The position numbers and the translations under genes were made by a program. A DNA stretch of 32,000 nt from Pyrodictium delaneyi (GTDB taxonomy: Archaea; Thermoproteota; Thermoprotei_A; Sulfolobales; Pyrodictiaceae): NCBI RefSeq assembly GCF_001412615.1, contig NZ_CP013011.1, positions 930,001-962,000 of the forward strand, in the 5' to 3' direction. Position 1 is the first letter of the stretch, and each line of letters begins with the position of its first letter. The notes under the pieces are model-generated. The model made no database searches. It saw only the letters and a list, made by a program, of their open reading frames with translations, and was not told the DNA's origin. Shown piece after piece: positions 13,323-20,836 of this stretch.

Positions 13323-14341
13323 GCCTCGCGGAGCTTGTTTATGAACCCGGCTACTGTACCGTCTTCTAGAGCCTGGATAGCCGCCTCTACACCGTCACGG
13401 AGGCTCTTTACACGCCCTGCCGCGTAGAGCGCTGCAGCCGCATTGGCCGCGATGAAGTCGCGGTCGCTGGGCCTCCCTCCGCCATGGATTACTGCTAGGA
13501 ATCGTTCAACGCTCTCGCTAGGCGTCTCTACCTGGAGCTCTCTGAGGTTGTACCGCTTCAGCCCCAGGTCCTCAGGCTCTACTGTGTACTTCTCGAGCAC
13601 ACCATTGTTTAGCTCGTAGACTATTGTCTCGCCGGATACGCTTACCTCGTCTATCCCCGGCTCACCGTGGACTACAAGGAGCCGCTCGTAGCCCAACATG
13701 GCGCCCGCCGATACCATCACGTCTAGCAGCTCTGGCCGTGCTACACCTAGCACCTGGCGGCGAATCATACCAGGATTCGCGAGGGGGCCTACGAGGTTGA
13801 AGACCGTTCTTATGCCGAGCCTACGGCGGATCGGCATAACCCTCTTCATCGCGGGATGGTAGCGGGGCGCGTAGAGGAAGGCGAAGCCCACGCGTGTCAG
13901 CATGCATTCTGCCTCGCGTGGGCCATGGTCTATCCGGTAGCCCAGAGCCTCCAAGAAGTCTGCGCTCCCGCTACGGCTGCTCACACTCCGATTACCATGT
14001 TTTAGGACTGGTACGCCGAGGCTAGCTGCTATCAGTGCGGCTGACGTCGAGGCATTCAATGTATGGGAGCCGTCGCCTCCCGTGCCCGCAGTGTCTATGG
14101 GATCTAGGCCATTGACGTCTACTCTTTCGCAGGCTTCGCGCAGCGCTGTAGCGAAGCCCGCTACTATGTCTGGTGTCTCGCCGTAGGCCCGTAGGGCTAC
14201 CAATATCGCGGCTATTGATACATCGTCTAGCCCACCACTCAGCATGGCTGCTGCTATCTTCCTGGCATCGTGAAAGCCTATGCCCGCGCCGCTTAGAAGT
14301 GCCTCTAGTACCCTAGGTAAGTCTATGCCCTCGTTCTGCAT
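13295..14341 (-). CDS. trpD: anthranilate phosphoribosyltransferase
   Basis: DTAGTGGDG and KHGNRSVSSRSGSAD motifs. 348 aa. Confidence 0.93.
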   Translation of the reverse strand: MQNEGIDLPRVLEALLSGAGIGFHDARKIAAAMLSGGLDDVSIAAILVALRAYGETPDIVAGFATALREACERVDVNGLDPIDTAGTGGDGSHTLNASTSAALIAASLGVPVLKHGNRSVSSRSGSADFLEALGYRIDHGPREAECMLTRVGFAFLYAPRYHPAMKRVMPIRRRLGIRTVFNLVGPLANPGMIRRQVLGVARPELLDVMVSAGAMLGYERLLVVHGEPGIDEVSVSGETIVYELNNGVLEKYTVEPEDLGLKRYNLRELQVETPSESVERFLAVIHGGGRPSDRDFIAANAAAALYAAGRVKSLRDGVEAAIQALEDGTVAGFINKLREACQQCCGQS

Positions 14342-14347
14342 TAGCTA

Positions 14348-15661
14348 TCACCTCCTCCCATCATTGGGCTCGGGGATCCGGCCCTCCACTATCCTAGAGC
14401 TTATCTTCTCGTAGGCGTCAATATCCATGAAACCGTGGCCGCTTAAGTTGAAAACCACGACAGAGCCTGGCTCGGCGCGGCGAGCCGTATCGATGACAGC
14501 CTTTATCGCATGAGTACTTTCAGGTGCCGGGAGTATGCCCTCCGCCTTGGCGAAGATACGTGCCGCCTCGAAGACCTCTTCTTGGCTGTAAGCCACTGCC
14601 TCTACTAAGCCCAGTTTCCTAAGGAGTGATAGGCTAGGGGCAGCACCATGGTAGCGGAGACCAGCAGCATGTATCGGCGGCGGTACATAGTCCTTACCGA
14701 GACTATACATCTTGGCGAGGGGGAGGACTAGCCCCGTGTCAAGACCATCGTAGCGGTATGTACCCTTGCTGAGCCTAGGCGCTGCCTGGGACTCTGCCGC
14801 TATGAATCGTGTTTTCTCGAAGCCCTCGCCGCGGAGCTGCATACCTAGTGCTGGGTAGGTGAAACCAGCCATGTTACTGCCGCCGCCGACGCATGCTATC
14901 ATGTAGTCTGGCTCCTCGGGGAGCTGCTGGAGAAGCTCCTGGCCTATCACTGTCTGGTGTGTGATAACACTTTCGAGCACAGAGCCTGCGACATAGCGGC
15001 GCCGGGGATTCTCAAGCACATATTCTATTGCCTCTGTTATTGCTAGACCCAAGCTGCCGGGGTGGTTGGGACGCTCTCGTAGCGCCCGCCGGCCCGCCTC
15101 CGTCACGGTGCTAGGACTGGGGTGTACAGTGGCGCCTAGCGTCTGCATGGCTACACGGCGGGGTTTCTTCTTCTCGTAGCTGCTCCGCGTCATGAAGACT
15201 GTTGCCTTGAGCCCCAGCATGGCTGCTGCCATGGAGACTGCTAGGCCCCACTGGCCCGCCCCGGTCTCAGTGGCAACCTCCTCGGCGCCGTCGAGGAGAG
15301 CATAGTAGACCTGCGGTACAGCCGTGTTGAGCTTATGACTACCTGTGGGCAGTATACCCTCGTACTTATAGTATATTCGCACTCTACCGTGGACTCCAAT
15401 GGCCTTCTCTAGTCCCTCGGCGCGTATGAGTGGGGTCGGCCTGCCGGCCTTCCTGTAGACTTCGCGGACGCGCTCGGGTATCGGTATGAGCCGGCTGAGC
15501 GTATACTCTTCGTCTATGAGCCTGGAGGGTAGTATCCTTACCAGCAGTGCTATCCTCGAGTCCTCGTCCTCGAGTGGGTCTAGGAGCGGTGGCAGCGGCA
15601 CCGGCAGGTCGGCTATTATGTTGTACCAGTAGCGGGGCACATCAACCATAAGCTTGGTCAC
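14348..15661 (-). CDS. trpB: tryptophan synthase beta chain, TrpB2 subfamily
   Basis: PLP-lysine motif PTGSHKLNTA (the TrpB2-type GSHK.NTA). Long form (437 aa) with an N-terminal extension. Also GGGSN. 4-nt overlap with trpA. Confidence 0.92.
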   Translation of the reverse strand: MTKLMVDVPRYWYNIIADLPVPLPPLLDPLEDEDSRIALLVRILPSRLIDEEYTLSRLIPIPERVREVYRKAGRPTPLIRAEGLEKAIGVHGRVRIYYKYEGILPTGSHKLNTAVPQVYYALLDGAEEVATETGAGQWGLAVSMAAAMLGLKATVFMTRSSYEKKKPRRVAMQTLGATVHPSPSTVTEAGRRALRERPNHPGSLGLAITEAIEYVLENPRRRYVAGSVLESVITHQTVIGQELLQQLPEEPDYMIACVGGGSNMAGFTYPALGMQLRGEGFEKTRFIAAESQAAPRLSKGTYRYDGLDTGLVLPLAKMYSLGKDYVPPPIHAAGLRYHGAAPSLSLLRKLGLVEAVAYSQEEVFEAARIFAKAEGILPAPESTHAIKAVIDTARRAEPGSVVVFNLSGHGFMDIDAYEKISSRIVEGRIPEPNDGRR

Positions 15662-16425
15662 CTCTCCTCTTGGCTGTGTTTTACAGAGTGTACGGCCTGG
15701 TAGATGCCACAGGCTAGGCTCTTGGCTTCGTCGATGTCCTTCTCCTCGAGGAGCCGTATGATCGCCGAGCCGACCACTACCGCGTCGGCTCCGCTCCGGA
15801 TCAGCGCTGCTGCTGTCTCTGGCCGGTGTATTGCGAACCCGGTGAGCAGGTACCGGTCGCCGATCAGCATCCTGGCTAGACGGACGTTCTTCTCCACGGC
15901 TATCGGCAGCTCGACTCCAGTGGCTGGCTGTAGACCTAGGTAGATGTAGAGCGGGTTTAACGCCGCGTAGCGCTGCAGCCAGTTGTGCGGGAACCTGCTC
16001 GAGGCGAAGAAGCAGGGTCGCAGTCCTGCACGCTCGCTTTCCTCGACGTATGTGTCGAGCATCTCGGGGTAGTCGAAGGCGAGGTCGGGTAGCAATACGC
16101 AGCCAGCGCCAGCAGATGCTGCTGCCTCGAGCAGCTCGCGTAGATTGTCTACATAATCCTCCATGTACGCCATTAGGGTGAACGGCTTGTCCACGTTAGT
16201 CTTTTCTAGAAGTTTTAGCGCTTTCAGACCCCGCAGCCCTGCTGAGACTACACGACGGTGCGACGCGCGTACTGTAGGCCCATCATACTTAGGCCTCGCT
16301 GTCGGCAGCCCCAGCTCGTAGAAGTCCACACAGCTAGAGAATCTCTCAAGGATCCGAGAGAACTGGGCCGGCTCGGGGAACCCAAGGGTGAGGTAGACGC
16401 TAAACCCCGGCCGGCTTAACTCCAT
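15658..16425 (-). CDS. trpA: tryptophan synthase alpha chain
   Basis: YLTLGFP, GFAI and VVVGSAI motifs. 255 aa. First gene of the operon, starting at ATG 16425. Confidence 0.87.
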   Translation of the reverse strand: MELSRPGFSVYLTLGFPEPAQFSRILERFSSCVDFYELGLPTARPKYDGPTVRASHRRVVSAGLRGLKALKLLEKTNVDKPFTLMAYMEDYVDNLRELLEAAASAGAGCVLLPDLAFDYPEMLDTYVEESERAGLRPCFFASSRFPHNWLQRYAALNPLYIYLGLQPATGVELPIAVEKNVRLARMLIGDRYLLTGFAIHRPETAAALIRSGADAVVVGSAIIRLLEEKDIDEAKSLACGIYQAVHSVKHSQEER

Positions 16426-16480
16426 TGGCAGGACATCACTCCCACTCCCTCCGCCAGAAGGCCTTGTCCAGGACTAGCTG

Positions 16481-16507
16481 GCCCACTAAACTCCCACTAT
16501 AAAAAAC
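16481..16507 (-). promoter_or_regulatory. trp operon promoter: TATA box plus an adjacent phased pentamer pair
   Basis: The minus strand reads GTTTTTTATAGTGGGAGTTTAGTGGGC. The TATA box (rc of ~16497-16507) abuts the lpd stop codon. GTGGG-N6-GTGGG lies immediately downstream (plus-strand CCCAC at 16493-16497 and 16482-16486). A third ACTCCCACT copy is at 16438-16446. Confidence 0.5.
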
Positions 16508-17886
16508 TAGCGGCGCCGGACTCTCCGGGTCATATAGTGGGTGGGCCTACCCAGAGCCACCTCAGCAACCTCCTGTAGTGCTTCGCTAACCGAAGGATGT
16601 GGGTGCACAACGCTGGCTAGTTCTTCTAGAGTCACACCCTTCTCTACCGCGAGAGCGACTTCAGCTATGAACTCCGAAGCGCGTGGCGCTGCCGCGACGA
16701 CGCCTAGCACCCGGAGGCTCCGCTCCTCGTACACTATCTTGACGAGCCCCGCCTCTGCACCCTCCATTACTGCTGACGCTATACCTCCCAGCCTTATCCG
16801 GGTCTCAGCAGCATCTAGGCCCGCCTTACGGGCCTCCTCTAGCGTGTAGCCCACCTGTGCTAGCTCAGGCTCCATGTAGACCACCATCGGGACTGCTTTT
16901 TGCTTGTAGACCGCTTTGCCGCCTGCAGCGTTCACCCCAGCGACGATGGACTGCGCCATAGCCTTGTGTGCGAGAAGAGGCGGCCCCGCTGCATCACCCG
17001 CCGCGTAGACCCCTGGAGCACTTGTGGCCATGTAATCGTCGACCTTTATGTAGCCCTTCTCGTCCAGCTCCACGCCAGCCTCCTCTAAGCCCATGCCATG
17101 GGTCGAGGGCCGCCGCCCAGTGGCAACGAGTACCGCGTCAGTCTCTATTCTCTCCCCGTTCTCTAGCACCGCTTCCACGTTATTCTTGCCGCGCTCTAGC
17201 CTGGCTATCCGGGTAGACGTGTACACCTTTACACCGAGGCTTCTGAGCCACCTCTTGGCGGTTAGCGACAGGTCCCGGTCCATGCCGGGCAGTAGCCGGG
17301 GCATCAGCTCCACGAGGTAGACCTCGACGCCGAGCCGGGCCATGATATCCGCGTACTCGACGCCGATAGGGCCCCCACCTACTATGAGGAGCCTCTGGGG
17401 CAGCTCCTCTAGACTCAAGAAGCTACGGTTATCGTGTACTTGGCGGCCGTCGGGCTCCAAGCCCGGCGGCGACCAAGGCTCGGTACCAGGAGCCAGCACC
17501 ACCTTCTCGGCCTCGAGGACGAGGTTCCCAGCCTCCACTATCCCCCCGGGACGGAGCCGAGCCCTAGCCCGGATGACGTCTATATCGTAGCCTTCTAGGA
17601 GCTGCTCTATCCCGGCCCGTATCCTATCGACAACCCTCATAGCCTCACGGATCAGCTTCCCGCGTTCAAGCTCAACCCTGCCTACAGAGGAGACTATGTC
17701 AGCAGCGAGTGCTATGCGGCGCAGAGCCTTAGTCGGTATACAGCCGTAGTTCGTACATTCGCCGCCAAGGGCTCGTGCCTCTACGAGAGCCACGCGGAGA
17801 CCCATCTGGGCTGCATGGACGGCCGCAGGGTAGCCTCCCGGCCCTCCACCGATAACCACTAAGTCGTACCTACGAGTCTCAGCCAA
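16507..17886 (-). CDS. lpd: dihydrolipoamide dehydrogenase-like class I pyridine nucleotide-disulfide oxidoreductase
   Basis: FAD motif VVIGGGPGGYPAA. Redox-active disulfide GGECTNYGCIPTK. Second Rossmann motif IVGGGPIGVEYA. C-terminal His-Glu dyad motif HPHPSVSE. TTG start at 17886. Confidence 0.87.
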   Translation of the reverse strand: MAETRRYDLVVIGGGPGGYPAAVHAAQMGLRVALVEARALGGECTNYGCIPTKALRRIALAADIVSSVGRVELERGKLIREAMRVVDRIRAGIEQLLEGYDIDVIRARARLRPGGIVEAGNLVLEAEKVVLAPGTEPWSPPGLEPDGRQVHDNRSFLSLEELPQRLLIVGGGPIGVEYADIMARLGVEVYLVELMPRLLPGMDRDLSLTAKRWLRSLGVKVYTSTRIARLERGKNNVEAVLENGERIETDAVLVATGRRPSTHGMGLEEAGVELDEKGYIKVDDYMATSAPGVYAAGDAAGPPLLAHKAMAQSIVAGVNAAGGKAVYKQKAVPMVVYMEPELAQVGYTLEEARKAGLDAAETRIRLGGIASAVMEGAEAGLVKIVYEERSLRVLGVVAAAPRASEFIAEVALAVEKGVTLEELASVVHPHPSVSEALQEVAEVALGRPTHYMTRRVRRR

Positions 17887-18099
17887 AGTCCAGCCCCAAG
17901 GCCGGGGGTCGAGCTTCCGGAGATAACTCTATCCAGCCCTAGACCATCATAACAGAACAGATTCAAAATACGGCCGCTCGATTAACGGCGTTCTCTCCAC
18001 CAAACCGAGAAGACCATAGGCGGTCAGGGGCCACTAAGACTCACCGAGGCCGTGTCTATACTCGCTATCGTCCCGGGTTTAATCGTGAAGTGCTGGAAG

Positions 18100-18798
18100 C
18101 TAGTCTAAAGCGCCCAGGAGCCTCCATGCCTGGATTAGTTCTCTCAGTGTTAACTGGCCTGGTGCTACGGGCTCGCCGAGGCTAGCATAGGTGAGGGCAC
18201 CACCCATCAACGGGGCTAGTATCCTCGATAGCCTGCCTTGCGGCCCCATGGCGAACGCTGCTACTCTGCCCGGCCACTTGGCGTTAATGCCTAGTACTTT
18301 CCAGTTGTCCTCTAGGGTTCTAGCCGTTGTCACTATCTTGGCTATCGCCGCGCCGCGCCGGATCATGTCGCCCGCGTAGCTATAGAGCACCTCGGATGGG
18401 GGTGTCCAGCGGAAATCGTGGATCGAGACTATTACGCGGCCTTTCGCAACGGAGAGTGCTTCGTCGAGGAGGCTGAACCGGTACTCGAGGTCTATGAGCC
18501 AGGCCCCGTGATCCAGTAGCGCCAGTAGCGTGTCCAGCTTTTCCTTGTCGGGGCCAGTGTAACGGCCGCCCTCGCGGCTATCGCGGAGCGTGGCTATAGC
18601 CCTAATCCCCCGGCTAGAGAGCTCCTCTACGGCGCAGCGAGCCTCCTCGAGACCATAGCCTAGTAGATCTAGTCTTAGCTCGACTATTCGGCAGCCCTCT
18701 CCTGCAGCTGCCTCTGCTAGGCGCTTGGGCTCGCTCGGCTCCGGTATGCAAGCTACCTTATTGAGTAGACTTGGCTGCAATGTGCCACGCCTCAGCAA
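18100..18798 (-). CDS. aroD: 3-dehydroquinate dehydratase, type I
   Basis: VELRLDLL, SIHDF..TP, the Schiff-base Lys context AIAKIV, and AFAMGPQGRLSRIL. TTG start at 18798 (alternative TTG at 18780). Overlaps the aroB 3-prime end. Confidence 0.87.
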   Translation of the reverse strand: MLRRGTLQPSLLNKVACIPEPSEPKRLAEAAAGEGCRIVELRLDLLGYGLEEARCAVEELSSRGIRAIATLRDSREGGRYTGPDKEKLDTLLALLDHGAWLIDLEYRFSLLDEALSVAKGRVIVSIHDFRWTPPSEVLYSYAGDMIRRGAAIAKIVTTARTLEDNWKVLGINAKWPGRVAAFAMGPQGRLSRILAPLMGGALTYASLGEPVAPGQLTLRELIQAWRLLGALD

Positions 18799-19873
18799 GC
18801 AGCTCTAGAGCCTCATCCACCTTCATGGCGACTAGTGTAGGGCTACCTATCTCCTTGAGCATAGGTACGAGTATCTTGTCTCCACGCCTCTTCTTGTCCA
18901 GCATTATTGCTTGGAGTGTTTCCTGGGGGTCTAGTCCGGGGGGCGGCGCTGTGGGGAGGCCTAGGGCTGAGAGGAGTTGACGTATCTCCTCTATGTCCTC
19001 CCTGGGCGTGCCCAGCTTCAGTGTTGCAGCAATTCCTTCCACAACTAGACCGATGGCCACTGCATATCCGTGCCTCATCGAGTAATCCATAGCCTTCTCT
19101 ATGGCGTGTGCGACTGTATGGCCTAGGTTGAGTATCATCCTGTCCCCGCGTTTCTCCCTATAGTCCTTCACCACGATGTCCATCTTCACGTCTAGGCTAT
19201 ACTTTATCGCCTTAGTCAGCACCTCCGGATCCCTATCTAGCAGCTTCTGGGAGTTCTCGCGGAGCCACTCAAGGAGGCTACGACCGTGTATAGCCGCATG
19301 CTTCACTATCTCAGCGAGACCAGAGATGTACTCCTCCTCGGGCAGCGTCTCTAGAAGGTCCACGTCGGCTATCACTATCCGGGGATGATGAAATACTCCC
19401 ACGATGTTCTTAGCCTCAAGGTTCACCGCTGTCTTGCCACCGACAGCCGCGTCGGCCATAGCTAGGAGCGTGGTTGGCACCGTAGCCCAGTCTATCCCCC
19501 TCATGTAGGTGGCTGCCGCGAAGCCCGCCGTGTCAGAGACTGCGCCACCACCGTAGGCTACTAGGAGCGCGTCGCGGGGGATATTCTCCCGGGCCATCCA
19601 GTTCCAGAGCCACGCGACAGTCTCCAGGCTCTTTGTCTCCTCGCCGCCGGGCAGCTCTGTAAAGTGGACATGAATTCCAGCGTCCTGTAGGCTTGCAAGC
19701 AAGTCGCGGAGCATGCTTCGTGGCGCGCCAGCATCCGCGACCACTACTGCTGCAGAGTAGGGGCCTTGCTCTAGCGCTAGCTGGCCTAGCTGCCGCCTAG
19801 CTCCCGGACCAACAATTATAGCTACGTCGTGGCTGTCCTGGATTACCCAGCAGCTACGCTCTACCTGGTTCAT
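18758..19873 (-). CDS. aroB: 3-dehydroquinate synthase
   Basis: GGGAVSDTAGFAAATYMRGI, GGKTAVN and LNLGHTVAHAIE motifs. 371 aa. 4-nt overlap with the upstream DAHP synthase. Confidence 0.92.
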   Translation of the reverse strand: MNQVERSCWVIQDSHDVAIIVGPGARRQLGQLALEQGPYSAAVVVADAGAPRSMLRDLLASLQDAGIHVHFTELPGGEETKSLETVAWLWNWMARENIPRDALLVAYGGGAVSDTAGFAAATYMRGIDWATVPTTLLAMADAAVGGKTAVNLEAKNIVGVFHHPRIVIADVDLLETLPEEEYISGLAEIVKHAAIHGRSLLEWLRENSQKLLDRDPEVLTKAIKYSLDVKMDIVVKDYREKRGDRMILNLGHTVAHAIEKAMDYSMRHGYAVAIGLVVEGIAATLKLGTPREDIEEIRQLLSALGLPTAPPPGLDPQETLQAIMLDKKRRGDKILVPMLKEIGSPTLVAMKVDEALELLAEAWHIAAKSTQ

Positions 19874-20700
19874 ATGAGCCCAGCTCCCCGTAGCTGGTCT
19901 ACAAGCTCCTCGAGCATCTTAAACGGTAGCTGTTGCTTCGAGTCGCTGAGCGCCTTGTCGGGGCTCGGATGCACCTCCATCATTATTCCATGGGCTCCGG
20001 CTGCTAGGGCTGCACGGGCTAGCGGAGGTACTAGACTGCGTTTACCAGCAGGGTGGCTTACATCGACTATCACGGGCAGCCGTGAGATCTCCTTGATTAT
20101 CGGGACTACCGTTATGTCTAGGCTGAAGCGTGCGTACTCGTTGAAGCCCCTTGTTCCTCTCTCGACGAGAGCTACCTCTTCTAGGCCGCCTGCTAGGAGG
20201 TATTCGGCACTGCATAGCCATTCGTTTATCGTGGCCCCGAAGTGTCTCTTTAGGAGGACTGGCTTCCCGGCCTTGGCTAGCTCGCGTAGGAGCGGCGTGT
20301 TCTGCATGTTACGGGCTCCAACCCATATTATGTCGACGTATTCTGCCGCCGTTGCTACGTCGCGGGGATCCATTACTTCGGTGGCTACGGGCAGGCCCAC
20401 CTTGTCGCCGGCCTCGCGGAGCCACTCAAGCGCGCGTGCCCCGTGGCCCTGGAAGCTGTAGGGGCTAGTACGGGGCTTCCAGGCACCACCCCGTATCACT
20501 ACGTTCCTGAAGCCATGCTTGTCGACGAATATTCTCTTTATCGCCTCTGCAGTCTCTATAATCATGTCCCTATCCTCTATACTGCATGGCCCAACTATGA
20601 CTACTGGGGTCTCGCCGCCTATCTCGACGTCTCTTACCCGGAAGCGCACCGGCTCGCCGGTTTCGCGAAGTACACGTCTGCACTCCATACTCTTTAGCAC
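19870..20700 (-). CDS. 3-deoxy-7-phosphoheptulonate (DAHP) synthase, type I-beta (KDO8PS-like)
   Basis: VIVGPCSIED, KPRTSPYSFQG and VIVDVSHPAG motifs. 276 aa. GTG start at 20700 (alternative ATG at 20688). Confidence 0.9.
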   Translation of the reverse strand: MLKSMECRRVLRETGEPVRFRVRDVEIGGETPVVIVGPCSIEDRDMIIETAEAIKRIFVDKHGFRNVVIRGGAWKPRTSPYSFQGHGARALEWLREAGDKVGLPVATEVMDPRDVATAAEYVDIIWVGARNMQNTPLLRELAKAGKPVLLKRHFGATINEWLCSAEYLLAGGLEEVALVERGTRGFNEYARFSLDITVVPIIKEISRLPVIVDVSHPAGKRSLVPPLARAALAAGAHGIMMEVHPSPDKALSDSKQQLPFKMLEELVDQLRGAGLI

Positions 20701-20778
20701 CCCCTCTGCATCACACTCATACGAGCCGCTCTTGGGGTTTGTGCTTAGCGCCCTGGGAGCAGCGGGACGCGAAAGGGC

Positions 20779-20805
20779 TTTATACCGTTCCCACTCTGGT
20801 GGGCC
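20779..20805. promoter_or_regulatory. single TATA element between the divergent aro operons, plus a CCCAC/GTGGG inverted pair
   Basis: TTTATA at 20779-20784 is the only AT-rich element in the 136-nt spacer. It is followed by CCGTTCCCAC (20785-20794) and GTGGGCC (20799-20805), which form CCCAC-TCTG-GTGGG. Confidence 0.45.
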
Positions 20806-20836
20806 TCCCTGGGCTCTAAAACGAAGCGAGTTAGCT

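Noticed and set aside
16507-17886. Mercuric reductase (MerA) or glutathione reductase as alternative calls for the flavoprotein
   Set aside because: There is no N-terminal HMA/GMTCxxC domain and no C-terminal Cys-Cys pair, both expected in MerA. The C-terminal HPHPSVSE His-Glu dyad and the CTNYGC spacing fit the dihydrolipoamide dehydrogenase class better. The call remains 'Lpd-like'.
17990-18030. 11-codon mini-ORF MVFSVWWRERR with two Trp codons downstream of aroD
   Set aside because: It is not adjacent to any trp gene and has no start context. Short ORFs of this kind are expected by chance in a 213-nt spacer.
19829-20468. 210-aa and 105-aa plus-strand ORFs
   Set aside because: They lie antisense to the well-supported DAHP synthase gene. 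They have the Ser/Arg/Ala/Pro-rich composition typical of antisense frames in GC-rich coding DNA. The same reasoning applies to 1638-1970, 3638-4006, 10410-10775, 11283-11609, 16541-17590, 22369-22774 and 24367-24693.
20519-20836. N-terminal 106-aa extension of the transketolase ORF given in the ORF track
   Set aside because: It overlaps the divergent DAHP synthase gene by 180 nt and crosses the shared promoter. Similarity to transketolase begins only near LHEISLRARRRII. GTG 20837 gives a normal-length subunit.
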